A DNA stretch of 54,851 nt, the filler included, from Bipalium vagum (taxonomy: Eukaryota): NCBI GenBank assembly GCA_037834085.1. It is 3 parts of 3 records of this genome, joined end to end, with 100 filler letters (N's around TTAATTAATTAA, not from the genome) between each part and the next. Parts side by side here need not be neighbours in the genome. Positions count along the whole stretch, not along the records: positions 1 to 20,783 come from JBBMKC010246879.1; 2 more parts are not named here. The stretch is one strand, 5' to 3'. The number at the start of each line of letters is the position of its first letter. Within the stretch, counting starts at the first letter, position 1. The notes beneath the pieces are model-generated. The model worked only from the letters and a program-made list of their open reading frames with translations, had not been told where the DNA came from and did not search any database. A program made the translations under genes and the position numbers. This document shows positions 1 through 12,537 of the stretch, piece by piece.

Positions 1-144
1 TTTAATGATCTATTAATCAATATATAATATAAGAAATTGATAAAAAATTCATACATTGCGGTAGAACAAATTAGTGGTTGTCGATTAATTTAAAAAATTA
101 AAACAAAAAAATTTAATTAGATGCGAAATGCTACAATTTATAAA

Positions 145-174
145 AACGGCAGGAACTTAGTTGCCAACCTAATA
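145..174. mobile_element. Mariner-type terminal inverted repeat (end of an element extending left of the window)
   Basis: Reverse complement reads TATTAGGTTGGCAACTAAGTTCCTGCCG, a typical mariner TIR with terminal TA. Confidence 0.6.
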
Positions 175-429
175 TATTCATTGTGTTATCACTATTCTAT
201 TGGTTTATAATCAATAACACGGATTTTGTTAAACAATTTCTATAATAACATAACAAATCGGATCATTTAAACAAATTTATTCAAACCATGGGTATAAACA
301 TAAATAATACATTTATATTTTCTATTTATTATGTTTTCTTCAGGGTTTCTATTGTAATCTATTCTTTGACGTTAGGCCATTTGTAATCCATTTTCTTATT
401 TTCCATATCTTAACAATCTAATTATTATA

Positions 430-960
430 CATTGTGTTGTTTGGTTCAATGTCTTCTTCCTTTTTGAATATTAACAATACATCATCAACATACCGTTTAC
501 AAACTAGTGGTCTATTTCCATTACAATCTTTTATTTTCTTTTCTAAGCTTACCTTAAGTAAAAAGGCCAGTGTTGGTCATAAAAGTGATCCCATAGGAAC
601 TCCGTCTCTGGAGATTTTAATAGAAATATACCACTAGTGTATAAACGGTATGTTGATGATGTATTCCTAATATTCAAAAAGAAGAAATTGAACCATTCCT
701 AGAAAAACATCAATAATCTCCATCCTAATATAAAGTTCACTATTAGAAAGGAAAGTGAGAACAAATTACCATTCCTAGACGTATTAGTGAAAAAAGAAAT
801 ACAAGGTAATAGATTGAAAACATCAGTATATAGAAAAAAGCAGATACCGGCTTATACACATCCAATAACAGCTACTGTGAAGAAAAGTATAAAAATGGCC
901 TAATGAAAGGATTATTACTCCGGGTGTGGTCCTTAACATATTGGTAGTTGCAAAGAAAGA
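430..960. mobile_element. Penelope-like retroelement (PLE) reverse transcriptase fragments in inverted arrangement
   Basis: Minus 612->430 reads RDGVPMGSLL*PTLA...RPLVCKRYVDDVLLIF. Plus 631->950 reads PLVYKRYVDDVFLIF / NLHPNIKFTIRKESENKLPFLDVLV...TSVYRK / SYCEEKYKNGL. GxPMGS, YVDD, HPNIKFT and LPFLDV are PLE RT motifs. Stops and frameshifts are present. Confidence 0.8.
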
Positions 961-1779
961 CAAGGAAATAAATATGCAAAAGAAAATGAGGGTAGTGTAG
1001 TAATGACCAACGATGAAGAAAGAAAAATATGCAATCCAATAGTAAATAAAAACTGAAACCAGAAATTAATTCACAACATGGAGAAAACAGGAATTAATGG
1101 AATTAATCAATATTTTAAAAATATTAAAAAATTATACTATTAAAGTTTTTGAATGAAAAAGGTTTTTTACTTTTGTCTAATAATAATGTAGATAATTTTA
1201 TTAAAAATAGTGATATCATTTGAAGATAAACATCGAAGAAGAATAAAATTGACTGAAGAAGATTTGAAAGAGATCGAAACATGGTTCAAGATAGTAGTAT
1301 AAAAAAATTTGCGTTCAAAAATGCTTTTTAAAATGCGTAAACTTGAAATATATATATATATTATTATAATAAATAAATATTTATAAAATATAATAAAATT
1401 GTGAAAAAATTACATTTTTTTCTCTGTTAATATTAAAGAAATTTAAAATATTATTTATTTACGTAATTATTTTAATTACTTGTTCAATGGGCTTAAACAA
1501 TTTAAATTTATTTCAGTTCTGTCATTTATTAAAATGAAGATTGTTATTGGAAATAATTTTTGAATAATAATGAATTACAATGACAATTAATTTTAGACGG
1601 GAACCCATCACGCTTCTCTTATCACAGTAGACTTTTTGGAGAACATTTTAATTGCATTTTTCTCTGTTTCAAGAAAATTATTATTTCGATAATTCTTTAA
1701 TTATTATTTTGTGAAAAATTTTGAGATTGATTAAAATTTATTTTAAAAAAATATGATAAAAATAATTAATTCATATAGT

Positions 1780-2294
1780 GCTGTTAACAATATTGATCGG
1801 GTGATACCCACTTATAGAGCTTTATGGTCTTTCCAATTTGCTTCATATGATGACGAAGGTTGATACGTCAACGTTGAGTTCTTCAACAACTTCTTGAGTA
1901 ATTTTGAGAGTATCATCTTCGGTTAACTGCTTCAATTTTTCATTATCAATGGCTAATGAGTTACATCATCGACGCTGGTATAGCCGGAATGAAACTTCTG
2001 ATACCAATGTTGTACCGTCATTTGTTGACACTTGCCTCGATCGATTTAAGCTGTACTACGCCATAGCTTGTACTCATAAAAGAAAATATTGAGAAAATTG
2101 CGTTTCGACATCTCTGAAAAAAATAAAATTATTGACAGAAAAAATACTTACAATAAATTTTAAACAAATATTTATAAATACAATTAGATAGCTTATAAAT
2201 GACATAACTTATTGATCTAAACTTATTAATTTGTTTTCTTAACTTAAAAAATACAAAACATGAAAAACCTGCATTTATATTTCATCAACCTAAT
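1780..2294 (-). mobile_element. Mariner 5' remnant (TIR plus HTH region)
   Basis: TIR TATTAGGTTGATGAAATATAAATGCAGG at ~2267-2294. Broken frames give MSKRNFLNIFFYEYKL...TVQHWYQKF...IDNEKLKQL...EVVEELNVDVST..HMKQIGKTIKLYKWV, resembling the Hsmar1 N-terminus. Confidence 0.7.
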
Positions 2295-5200
2295 ATGTTG
2301 GCGCAAGTGCATAAGACCAGTTTGATGTTATAAAACTATTTTGTGAACAGGCTCCATTCGTAAAACCGTGATTTTATTTGTTTCATTTTTGTCTTTTCCC
2401 TATCAGGCCTCAAACGCACCATGATGAAATATTGGTCGATGTTTTCTGTGAAATGAACTTTAAAGTTTTGGTGTATTTCTCTTTACAAAAAATTATTCTG
2501 GGTCGTTTGAAGGTCGATTTAAATATGGAGGTCTTGTGTTAGATATGTTGTAACTATTTTAACTTTAATATCAAAAACAATTTTCGGTTTACTGCAACAT
2601 TTGAATTAGTGTGTTTTTCTAAAATTTATTTATTTGCCTCAAAATAAATACGACACAATTTTTATTGTTTTTTTCTGAAATCTATTTTTACAATTTTATT
2701 TTGATTAATGTTCTTTTTAACAATAACCTTAACAAATAATCAATAGTTATAATATCAGACTTTCGAAATATCATCAAGATTTGGCATTGCACTTTGAGAA
2801 CAAGGTAAGAGGTTAATAGAAATATCAAATTATTTAATTGGGTATGTCTCAAAGTCTACATTGCAACGATGGACGACAAGATTAAGTAAGCAGGATAATT
2901 TAATACTCAAATCTTATACAGGTCATAAACGAACATCAAGGACGTTTTTAAAGTGTCCCATTTATTTTGATTTACCCGATATTTCAAATCAAAAGAAAAC
3001 ATAACCAAAAACAACGATTTCCTAATGAAAAAGAGTAAAAATAGGAGTTTTAAGAATCTTCAAAAAATTTGATTGTATCAGAATTGATTCAGGTATGGAA
3101 GACCGAAAAAAATTGAAACAAAATAATCTCAATTCAATGAAAAAGTTGAACGTGAAGCCTAAGTCCACTTTGAAACAAATTTGTACCGAAATCGAAATGA
3201 GCCCGTTGACCATTTAGAATTATATTCACAGTGGTTTTTCTGCAAGGTCATATAAAATTAAAATGTAAAAATATTTGTACGGAAAAGAAAAAAAGTTTTG
3301 ACATCATTAAATCTAAAAAGAATATACAGAGCTTTTGAGTAATTAAAATAAGAGACTTGTAAAGACCAATAAGAGGAATTTTGATATATTTGAAATCGTT
3401 TTTATATCACCATATGTAAAAATAAACAGTGTAATTTGTAAATAATGTAAGTTTCTTTTAAAAAGAGATTTATTAAAAGGTACACATAATATCTCCGGAT
3501 ATTTTCTGGTTTCATATGGCAAACGGTATTAGTAAACATTGTTTTAATATTCATTAAAATTTAATATTTAAAACTACTGGGAGTCTTTCCAGTGATCTGG
3601 GACTCAGACGGAAATGCGCTGAACTGCCGTTAGACCACTTTTAGATTTCTTTTATGGAATAGTATCTAACTCTTAGTAAAAGGCAATCAAAGTCTTACTA
3701 CAATTCTCAACTTCGTACTTATGTGAAATAAATAAAATAAAAACCGTGAAAGACTTAAAACCGTTGAAGAAAAGTTAAGGGTATCTCATTCTCACATGGA
3801 CCCACAAAAAAAACCAGTAGTAGTAAAGAAGCACCAGGTACAATTCTTCCACTGATAAACACCATTATTATTCTATACCCGGTATTGTATTTATGACTCA
3901 AATATTTTGTGAATAAAATTCTCCTTATATGACATTCTTTGTTTTATATTATTTCATTGAAAAGTCTTTATGAGTTGAACAGAAAGTGTAAAAAATGGCT
4001 GGAAACCACTGATACAGAGTGATATGGAAATATTAGGACCTCGAATCTTCTTTGTCAAAATCCTTTAGAATTCAGTTTACTGAATAATCTGAGTTTGAGA
4101 TTACAATACATTTCTTTCAACTCTCCTTTACTTCATGTCTTGCAGTATCGACAAAATTAATAAAATAAAGTTTTTGTTTGAATTAAATTAAAGTTATTAT
4201 TTGTAAAAGTATTTCTTGTTTTATTAATTATCTCTTTTTTTTCTTTTCATTCCAAAAACTTTGGGATTATATTCTCTTTATTGGCAGATTAGGCACATGG
4301 ATATCAATTAACTAATAAATAAGGTCAGGTTTTGAAACGGATCTATTTATCGGATTTTGAAGTAATTAGGATTTAGAACTCAAGTGAAGCCAATGATCAC
4401 AACTGAGATTCGACATAGATCTTGATTTATCTATAATAGAATCTGTAATTGTTTTGTATAATCTTAGAACTACTTTTGATGCTCCATTTCAATTATACTT
4501 AACGCGCCTCCTGAGTGAGAAAAGCAAATTATAAATAATCACGATAAGTTAATCACATTAATAATGACAAAAATATAAATATTTTATTTTTATTTATTTT
4601 ATATTTGGATAACAACAATACCATCATTCACTTTACTTTGGGATATTGATGAAAAAAATGAGCAAACTTTATTTGTTTTAATGATTGAGTATAAAAATAA
4701 ACAAATATTTATTTTGAAAAATAAAGCTTAGATCGGGTCTTGACAATGAGAGTGCTGTATAAATGAAAATAAATTTTCCTGCTGAATTTCCCAAATAAAG
4801 TCTTCGATTTATTGTCTCTGGAAAAGTAGAAAATCCGTAATAAAATGAGCATTTATTTTCATTTATAGCTGGCGTAAGTGAATAATTGAACCCATTGATT
4901 GCTTAGGCAAATATTGAAAGTTGGGGATTTCGTGAAGCCTAAAACATGATACCCAACATTTCCCGATTCTCCACTGCTTCTTTATTCATTAATTATCTGG
5001 TGTAAAAATATAAAATTTATATTTTTACAATGCCAGAAAAAAACAGCAGTCAATAAAAACAAAGCTGAGACTGTGTATTGTTAACTGGGTCAAGACTATT
5101 AATAAAATATTATTACATAATTATTAATACTGTACATTTGTGGACTTCTTACTGATAATGACAATATTTCCATGATTTGATCCAGTTTTATTGTTAATTA

Positions 5201-5667
5201 GAAGAAAATATAATTATTTATATCATCATTACCTCAAATAAGAAAATGGCGAACAGTCTGATGAGGCACATTAAGATACATTCCTTTTAATTGTAAATGG
5301 AACGATATTAAATGTTACACAAATAAATAAAATTTAATTTTTTAATATATTTTATTATTATTATTAATATTTGGACTTACTAAAAATAAATAGGATATTT
5401 GAAGCCTTGGACTTTCTATCTATACAAACCTTTTTTATGATTATACTTTTAATATCACTAAATTCTAAAATTGAAGAAGAGTGAGGCTTGTCAAATTTTC
5501 ATTTCGATCTGGATTCATTTGATACTATTGATAATATGTTAATATTAACCAAATTCCACTTATCTCACTCGATATCTTTTTACCAGAGACATACGGTTCA
5601 CCAGTTAATAGATATATATGATAGAATTATGCTTATTAATAACGAAATTTAAGATCAAATTAAATAT

Positions 5668-6430
5668 TATGGGTGAATACAAGTAACATTTTATATAACT
5701 CTAAACAATTTTATATTTATATAAATAAAAGCACCGACATTTAATCATCAAAATAGTTTCCATTACATTCTATGACATTTTCTATCTGATTATCAATTCC
5801 TCAACCCCAGTTTTAAAAAAGATTTGCTTTAATTAGTTTAAGCTGTCAGGAAAGGTATTTTTCATAAGAATTTAAAGTTTTCATAATTTTCATAAGTTCT
5901 TCCGTTTAGAAATTATTGTACTGATCTGATTCGCTGAAAATTAGAGGGAGCAAGATCAGATTTTTTTCGATTGAGAAGGACTGAATGTTTTTCCACGATG
6001 GTTGCTTTCAATTTGTCCAGCTGATCACAATAATATTGTATAATAATTGTTTCCCAGGCTTTAAGTATTTCAAAGTGAACCACATCACAAAAACATAAGC
6101 AATTTTGGTTCTCTGAATTTTCTGGGTGGTTCTCTAATAGAAATCCATTGTTTTCTCAAAACTATCTGTTCATGCATAATCCATTTCTCGGCTACCGTTA
6201 TGAGGTAATGAAAATTATTTTTCTTTTTTATGAAGGTTTAAGTGTATGCTGTATTTCAAAGACATATTTTCGAATAACTGGGATGATAGGGTACCAATTT
6301 GCTGGAATGCACAACTTCACAATGCTTTTCAAGTGCCCTTGAGCTGCTGCTCATGAGGTATCTTTCTTTTGTGAAATTTCCTTAATTGTTTAAGTAGAGT
6401 CTTCTTCCACAAATGAATATTGTACAAACT
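5668..6430 (-). mobile_element. Degenerate mariner element
   Basis: Minus-strand fragments VVHFEILKAWETIIIQYYCDQLDKLKATIVEK and the C-terminal SFFKTGVEELIIR*..VIECNGNYFDD*. Confidence 0.65.
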
Positions 6431-6469
6431 TTAGATATTTCATTTCATGTTAACGTTAAAAATTTATTT

Positions 6470-7100
6470 TACGAGGTGTAGCGGTAAATAATGTAGATTT
6501 ATATGATAAAAAACAGAAATTCTTAAAAGATACATTGAAATATTTTATTCAAAGAAATGACCATTATTATTATTTTTGTATGTCATTCATCTTTTAGGTA
6601 ACTTGTGTATGCCGAACCAAAAGAAAATATCTTGTTTCGACAAACCAATTTTTGGACATCTTTGTAAGTCTTGAAATGCTGCTCAACAAGTTCATGTATC
6701 ATCGTCCGTATCAAATGGAAATCAACAGGATCTTTTGAATTTGATGAGTGGGTGAGTACTTTTAGGCTAGATCTTTTAACATGGTTTTGAATACTTTAGA
6801 AGTAAGAGATGATTTGTTGACAAACAGCAAAATTACTTAAACACGTCTTTTGGCCAATTTTGAACTTTAGGATCAGTTCTATTATTTCATTTTAATAATA
6901 ATCAAAATGAATAGTCTCACTGAGCTTCGAAGATCATAATATTCAACACCCTTTTGATCAAACCCAACGCAGGGCATTGTTTTCTTTCTAAAATGATTTT
7001 GTCTAGAGCCGGTTTTGAACCTGGATATTCACTATTTTTCACGATGAAATCATAATTTTTGAGGTGTTAAAATCAATTATCACAGGTATCCTGAGATGGT
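6470..7100 (-). mobile_element. Degenerate mariner 3' part
   Basis: TIR-like TACGAGGTGTAGCGGTAAATAATG at 6470; minus-strand SKQDIFFWFGIHKLPKR* resembles a mariner C-terminus. Confidence 0.5.
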
Positions 7101-8179
7101 GTATACCTTGCAAAGTATACAGTAAGTTTCTGAAGTAGTTTCTGAATACTAAAAATTTATTAATATCTAAGCTATTAATATCCTACTAAGCAATGTATAT
7201 TAAAACAAAATACAATATATAATCAATAAGATTTCTTTTATCTTATATCATAAAAATAGATTTTAAAAATCCGTATTATTTAACGGTGCAATCATAAATA
7301 TTTGTAGAATAAAATTGCTCTGATCTTTCCGTTCAGGTATGTACCTAACAATGTTAAGTAATTATAATAAAGTTAGTACTCCCTTATACAAATAAAGGAG
7401 ATTATACATTCTTTCATGCATTAATTAATGGTAATGATATCAACGTTTGATCTCCAAACTCTTGATGAATACTTTAAAGCAGGAAAATATAAATAAATAG
7501 CAAGATCACAGTTTCACGAATATTGAAACAAAATATTGGAACATATTAATGAGGAAGCCATTATTGTATTTGATGTTCATTAGCACTGTCAAAATAAATT
7601 GCTTTTATAAAATAATCTTCATTCTGCCCACAGCGATTATTTTATGATTAATGTAAGCAATTTTTATAATTGAGGACATTTTCAAAGAGGATTTCACATT
7701 TCTCCTTCCCAATTTAAATCATATCAATATCCCTACCACAGATAAAAGCAATTTACAATCAATAAAATATAAAATAATAATAATGTAATGCTAAAATTAG
7801 ACGTCACTAATTTTATTTTTAGTCATTTATAAAAAAAATTAATAATATTTTTACTTGGGAGCGTTTTATTTCGGTTCTGTGGACAATTTCCATTTGAATT
7901 TTTATAAGAAAATTTAATTCAGAATTATTTATTAAAAAGAGAAGATAAAAATAATATAATATATCGGTCTCTCTTTATAAAAAAATAAATAAATAAAAAC
8001 TTAAAAATAATAACAAAATATTATGTGTTTACCTATGAAATTGAAGTTCTAGGGCAAATTACAAAATTAATTGTTGAGACACCTTAGTATATATGATTTC
8101 GTGTTTGAACATACAGTTAGCCTTTTTATATTAATTTGCATTTAAAATATTTTCTTTGTTTTACTAAATTTAATCAATT

Positions 8180-8500
8180 TTTTGCTGAAATTGAAACTTA
8201 CAAATTAAGATACATTTTAGAGCATGAGTTCCACAGTGGAACAAATGATGCACAAACAGCAAGAAACATAAACGAAAAGGTTTGTGGGGAAATTATCAAA
8301 GAACGTGGAGTTCGATTTTGGTTTAGTCATTCAATGCACTAACCGGCCTGAGACAAATATCAATAATAATGAATTGAAGACATTGGTTGAAAATGAATCC
8401 ATCTCTATCTTCGTCAGAATTAGCAACGAGATTATATGTTTGCATCAAAACAATGTACCATTTTTCTAAAATTGATAAAATCAAAATATTGGAAAACTAA
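8180..8500 (+). mobile_element. Mariner N-terminal remnant, truncated at the adjacent Tc3-like element
   Basis: LRYILEHEFHSGTNDAQTARNINEK..GE..KERGVRFWF and NRPETNINNNELKTLVENES match the mariner HTH region. Confidence 0.7.
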
Positions 8501-8502
8501 TA

Positions 8503-8612
8503 CAGTGCTCCAACTAATTATTGCCGCACTAAGAAAATGCATATTTTTTGTATATTGAAGCTATCAAAGTTATGAATATTTATATATAAGTAATATAACA
8601 ATATATCCATCC

Positions 8613-8643
<31 letters not shown>

Positions 8644-9769
8644 TTATTTATTTACGAAAAGAAATATAATGAAAAAAAAGTTTTTAAAAAGTAAAAATTA
8701 ACTTAAAAAATACCAATAATTTATTGGACATATTTACAAAAGACGTATATCATAACAAAAAAATACATTTTGAATTATTTTTCGATTGTTAATATTTAGT
8801 TGAACTTCCATGGGAATAAATCACTTCATAAAATCTATTTGGCATAGAATTTACCAGTGCTCTCAGGACGCTGTTATCGACTTCTTCCACACAGCGAATT
8901 ACCTCTCGTTCCAGTTCTGAAATTGATTCATATTGTTTCCCATTAGCATATACCCGACGTGATAGTATCCCTCAAAGATTTCCTATGGAATTCAGGTCTG
9001 GTGAATAGGGTGGCCAAGATATAACGTCGATATTTTTGTCGTGTAGCCATTGCGAAGTAGAACGTGCAACATGGCATCGACAATTATCCTGTTGGAAAAT
9101 TGGTTTGTCTTCGCCAAAATCATTCATAAAGGAAAGTTAATGTTCTCCTAAAAGCATTTGATAATCAAATTGATTTAGCCTACCGCTAATAATCGCGAGA
9201 GTTGACCTCCAGTGGTAGTTGAAACAACCACAAATCAACAAGGAGCCTCCTCCAGTGTGTCTATTCGAAAAAGATATCTCCTACTTCCGCAAATCGTGTT
9301 AATAATATGCGTAACCATCAGGTTCATCCTAATTAAACTTCTCGTACTCCAGATGACCTTTTCCCATTCGATGACCCACGACATTTTCTCTTTAGCCCAG
9401 CAGAGACGATGAATTTTATATTGTGGCTTCAAAGGGGGTTTTACCATCATCTTCTTATACCGGATCGTCCCAGATTAATTTAAAATCTTTCTAATTCTCT
9501 TTACCAATTTAGGTTGAATAGCGTTTTTATTTTCGCACAGGATATGCTTTGGTTGCTGGCATTCCTAATAATGGAACTCTTCGTTACTGCGTAAATCTTC
9601 GCCTTAGGACCCCGAGTCTTCTTTTCTTTATTTTATTCTTCAAAAAGTATCTTATACTACTTTCATTCTTCCCTGACTTAGTGTCGATCGACCTGTTCGA
9701 TTTTCCGGCGTCGTGGTAGGCATAGATCATTCCTTTCTAGGTGTCGGTTAATCTTGCCATTTTACTCAT
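8503..9769 (-). mobile_element. Tc3-like (Tc1 superfamily, DD34E) transposon, near full-length transposase pseudogene 9769->8789
   Basis: TIR TA|CAGTGCTCCAACTAATTATTGCCGCAC at 8501-8529. Motifs: KPPLKPQYKIHRLCWAK..WEKVIWS, DEPDGYAYY*HDLRK, FSNRHTGGGS, FQQDNCRCH, WPPYSPDLNSI.NL*GILSRRVYANG, LVNSMPNRFYEVI..GSSTKY*. The 5' TIR was not recognised. Confidence 0.85.
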
Positions 9770-11285
9770 CTAATATTTTTTTTATAAAATCTTAGTATTC
9801 GACAGACAGAAGTACTTACATTTAATATTTAATCTTCAAAAGTTTAATTTATATAATTAGATTTAAATAATTTCGCTCAGCGTGTACCTAAATTAAAATC
9901 GCACATCTTCGAATTCAATTCATAATCTTATGTTATGTTTATGTTACCATTGTGACTCCAAACATACGTGGTATGGTCTGGATTGTATATTAATTTCTGT
10001 AAAACAATTTTCGAAGTGTCTTTTTGAAAAAAGGTTAATTTCAAAAATATACATTTAGATAAATCAATTTTTCGATATATATGTTTTAGAAGGCACAAAA
10101 GATTCTTGGGTTAGATACTAAAAAAATTAGATAAATAAAAAGTATTTTCTGCAAAACTTTTTTTATATTACTATTATTTATCCAAAAGCACAGTAAAATA
10201 TTTTAAAAATTCCACGCAAAATATCGAAAAATAAATAATTTTTTTTAGTTTCAGTCTTCCAGTAACATTAGGTAACCAAAAATAAAAATACAGTTCGGTA
10301 ATGTGTAACTATTATATAACATAATATTATTATGATAATTTATTATTATTTTTATTTATATTTTTATTTATATTTTTATTAATCTTGACATGTACTTGAC
10401 ATGTAACGATAAAATAAACTAAAAATTGATTAAAATAAAATAAAAATATTCTGAAAAATAATTCTTTTTTTTGCGCAAAGTAAAATTATTTATTACAATA
10501 TTTCATAAATAATATTTTTTCTTTTTTTTTCCTAAATTTTCAATAAGTTCTCGACATATCAAATAAATGAATACATTTTTCTTTCATTTATTTCAAGGAT
10601 TTATTATTTCATCTAAATAAAATAATTCCCCATATAATATTTCTCGATATAGAAAAATTACAATTGGTGTTAATGATTTTTTCTCAGTTAATTGATTATA
10701 CTCATATCCGAATGGTAAGCGTATAACGGATCTCATATATCTCACTGTCTACCATTCAACCACTCCATCTTTCTATTGTGAAAACCACAGTATTGATTTT
10801 AGCATAAAATATTATAATTTTAACAGGATTTCTTTTTCCAAATATTGAAAATTATCCCGTCATTCATTTTTAAGAATATTTCCTCATTCACCGAGAAGAC
10901 CGAGGCTCCAGTCTTCAGCTTAATATCAGATATTTTAAAGAATGCTACTTAACAGTAAAAATCGTTATTCTGTTGAACTTATATCTTTTCTTTGGTAGAA
11001 GAAAGTGACAATGAACGGATATCACTTAAAAAAAGAAAAATCAATATTATTGAAAGTATTAAAAATTAAAAAATCATAATTAAATATTAATAAATACTTA
11101 CATCATTGTTATTTCTATTATTGGTATAATAATAATTCTGTTTATATCTTTTATATCGATTATTATTATTTTTTTTTTATTATTATTATTATTAATTTTT
11201 TTATTACTTTATTATTATTAATAATATTATTATTATTAATCGAGCTGTTATAACTTATAAAAAGGTTTAAATATTCGTCTAAATA

Positions 11286-12537
11286 TCAGGTTGTGTAGTA
11301 TGAAATTTGTAAAATGAAAAACAAAGTTTATTAATAAATTAAAAATAAAAGAAACTATGCTATTCATCAAAATAGGCACCCATATTGTCAATACATTTTT
11401 GCCATTTAAGCGGCAGCTTGTTCATACCGGTCATGTAAAACCCTGGCGGGCGAGAGTCAAGGAATTCCTGGTAGGCCAACTTTATATCATCGGCAGATTT
11501 GAATTGTTTTCCACCGAAAAAGCTGTCAAAATTGCGAAAGAAATAGTAATCAGTGGGAGCTATGTCTGGTGAGTATGTATTTTATTTTTGCCACACTCAT
11601 TTTCGCCGTTTGTGGTTTAGCATTATCCTGCAATAAAATAGGAATTGATCTATTGATTAATTTTGGCTGTTTTATTTTAATTTTTTTCACCATTTCGTCC
11701 AATGACTTACAGTACACTTCTGCTGTGATCGATGAGCCCAGTTTCAAGAATTCATAAAGAATCAGACCTGCACTACACCACCAAAACACTCACCATTAGT
11801 TTCTTTTCATGGATATTACGCTTTGGAATGTGTGTCGGTGGTTCATCTTTGTCAAACTACTGCGAAGAGTGTTTGGGGTTGTCATATCTTATCCATTTTT
11901 CGTCACAAGTGACAATACGATTCCAAAATGGATCAGATTTTTGACGAGAAAGGAACATCAAACAGGCTTGCAAACGCTTTTCTTTTTGTTTTGTATTCAG
12001 TTCATGAGGAACCCATTTATCTAATTTTTTTACCTTTCCTATTTGATTTATATATGAGTTTTTTTGGTGACACCAAACTTTACAGATAAATCCTGGGCAC
12101 TCTGACATGGGTTAGATTCAATGATTATCTTTAATTTTTCGTTTCACACCTTTGATTCTGGACGACCACGTGACTCATTTTGGAGGTTAAAATTATCCTT
12201 ACGAAATTTTGAAAAACAATTGGAAACTGTTTGTTGTGTAGTTACCAAAGTCCCAAATACTGCATTAATGTTTTCAGCTGTCTGCGATGCCGTTGTTTTG
12301 CGTAAAAACCCATATTTCATAATTACGCGTATTGCCGATATATCCAATTTTAATAAAAATGATTAACTTAAACAATTGATTTATACTTTTTCAGATTAAA
12401 ATGATATTTTCAAACAAGACAGATATATAATTTACCAACGCAAAAAACAGAATGGTAAAATATCAAGCCAACAACAAATAAACAACAATTAAAGTTGGCA
12501 ATTTCATTACCTACAAATTTCATACAACACAACCTGA
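11286..12537 (-). mobile_element. Full-length (1252 bp) mariner element with defective transposase (12347->~11360), Hsmar1/cecropia-like
   Basis: 26-bp TIRs TCAGGTTGTGTAGTATGAAATTTGTA (11286-11311) and 12512-12537, 1 mismatch, with TA on both sides. Motifs: GKVKKLDKWVPHEL, RIVTCDEKW, LLQDNAKP, RWQKCIDNMGAYFDE*. Frameshifts and loss of YSPDL. Confidence 0.95.

Noticed and set aside
2760-3260. Tc1-like HTH fragments (also 12860-13442 and 18040-18480)
   Set aside because: Probably transposon debris but too degraded to delimit or classify.
5001-5029. Palindrome with 14-bp arms
   Set aside because: Almost entirely A/T in a very AT-rich genome, with no supporting context.
4270-5620. Exon-like patches (also 7290-7750, 10640-10980, 17240-17520)
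   Set aside because: I could not build a phase-consistent spliced ORF or recognise any motif.
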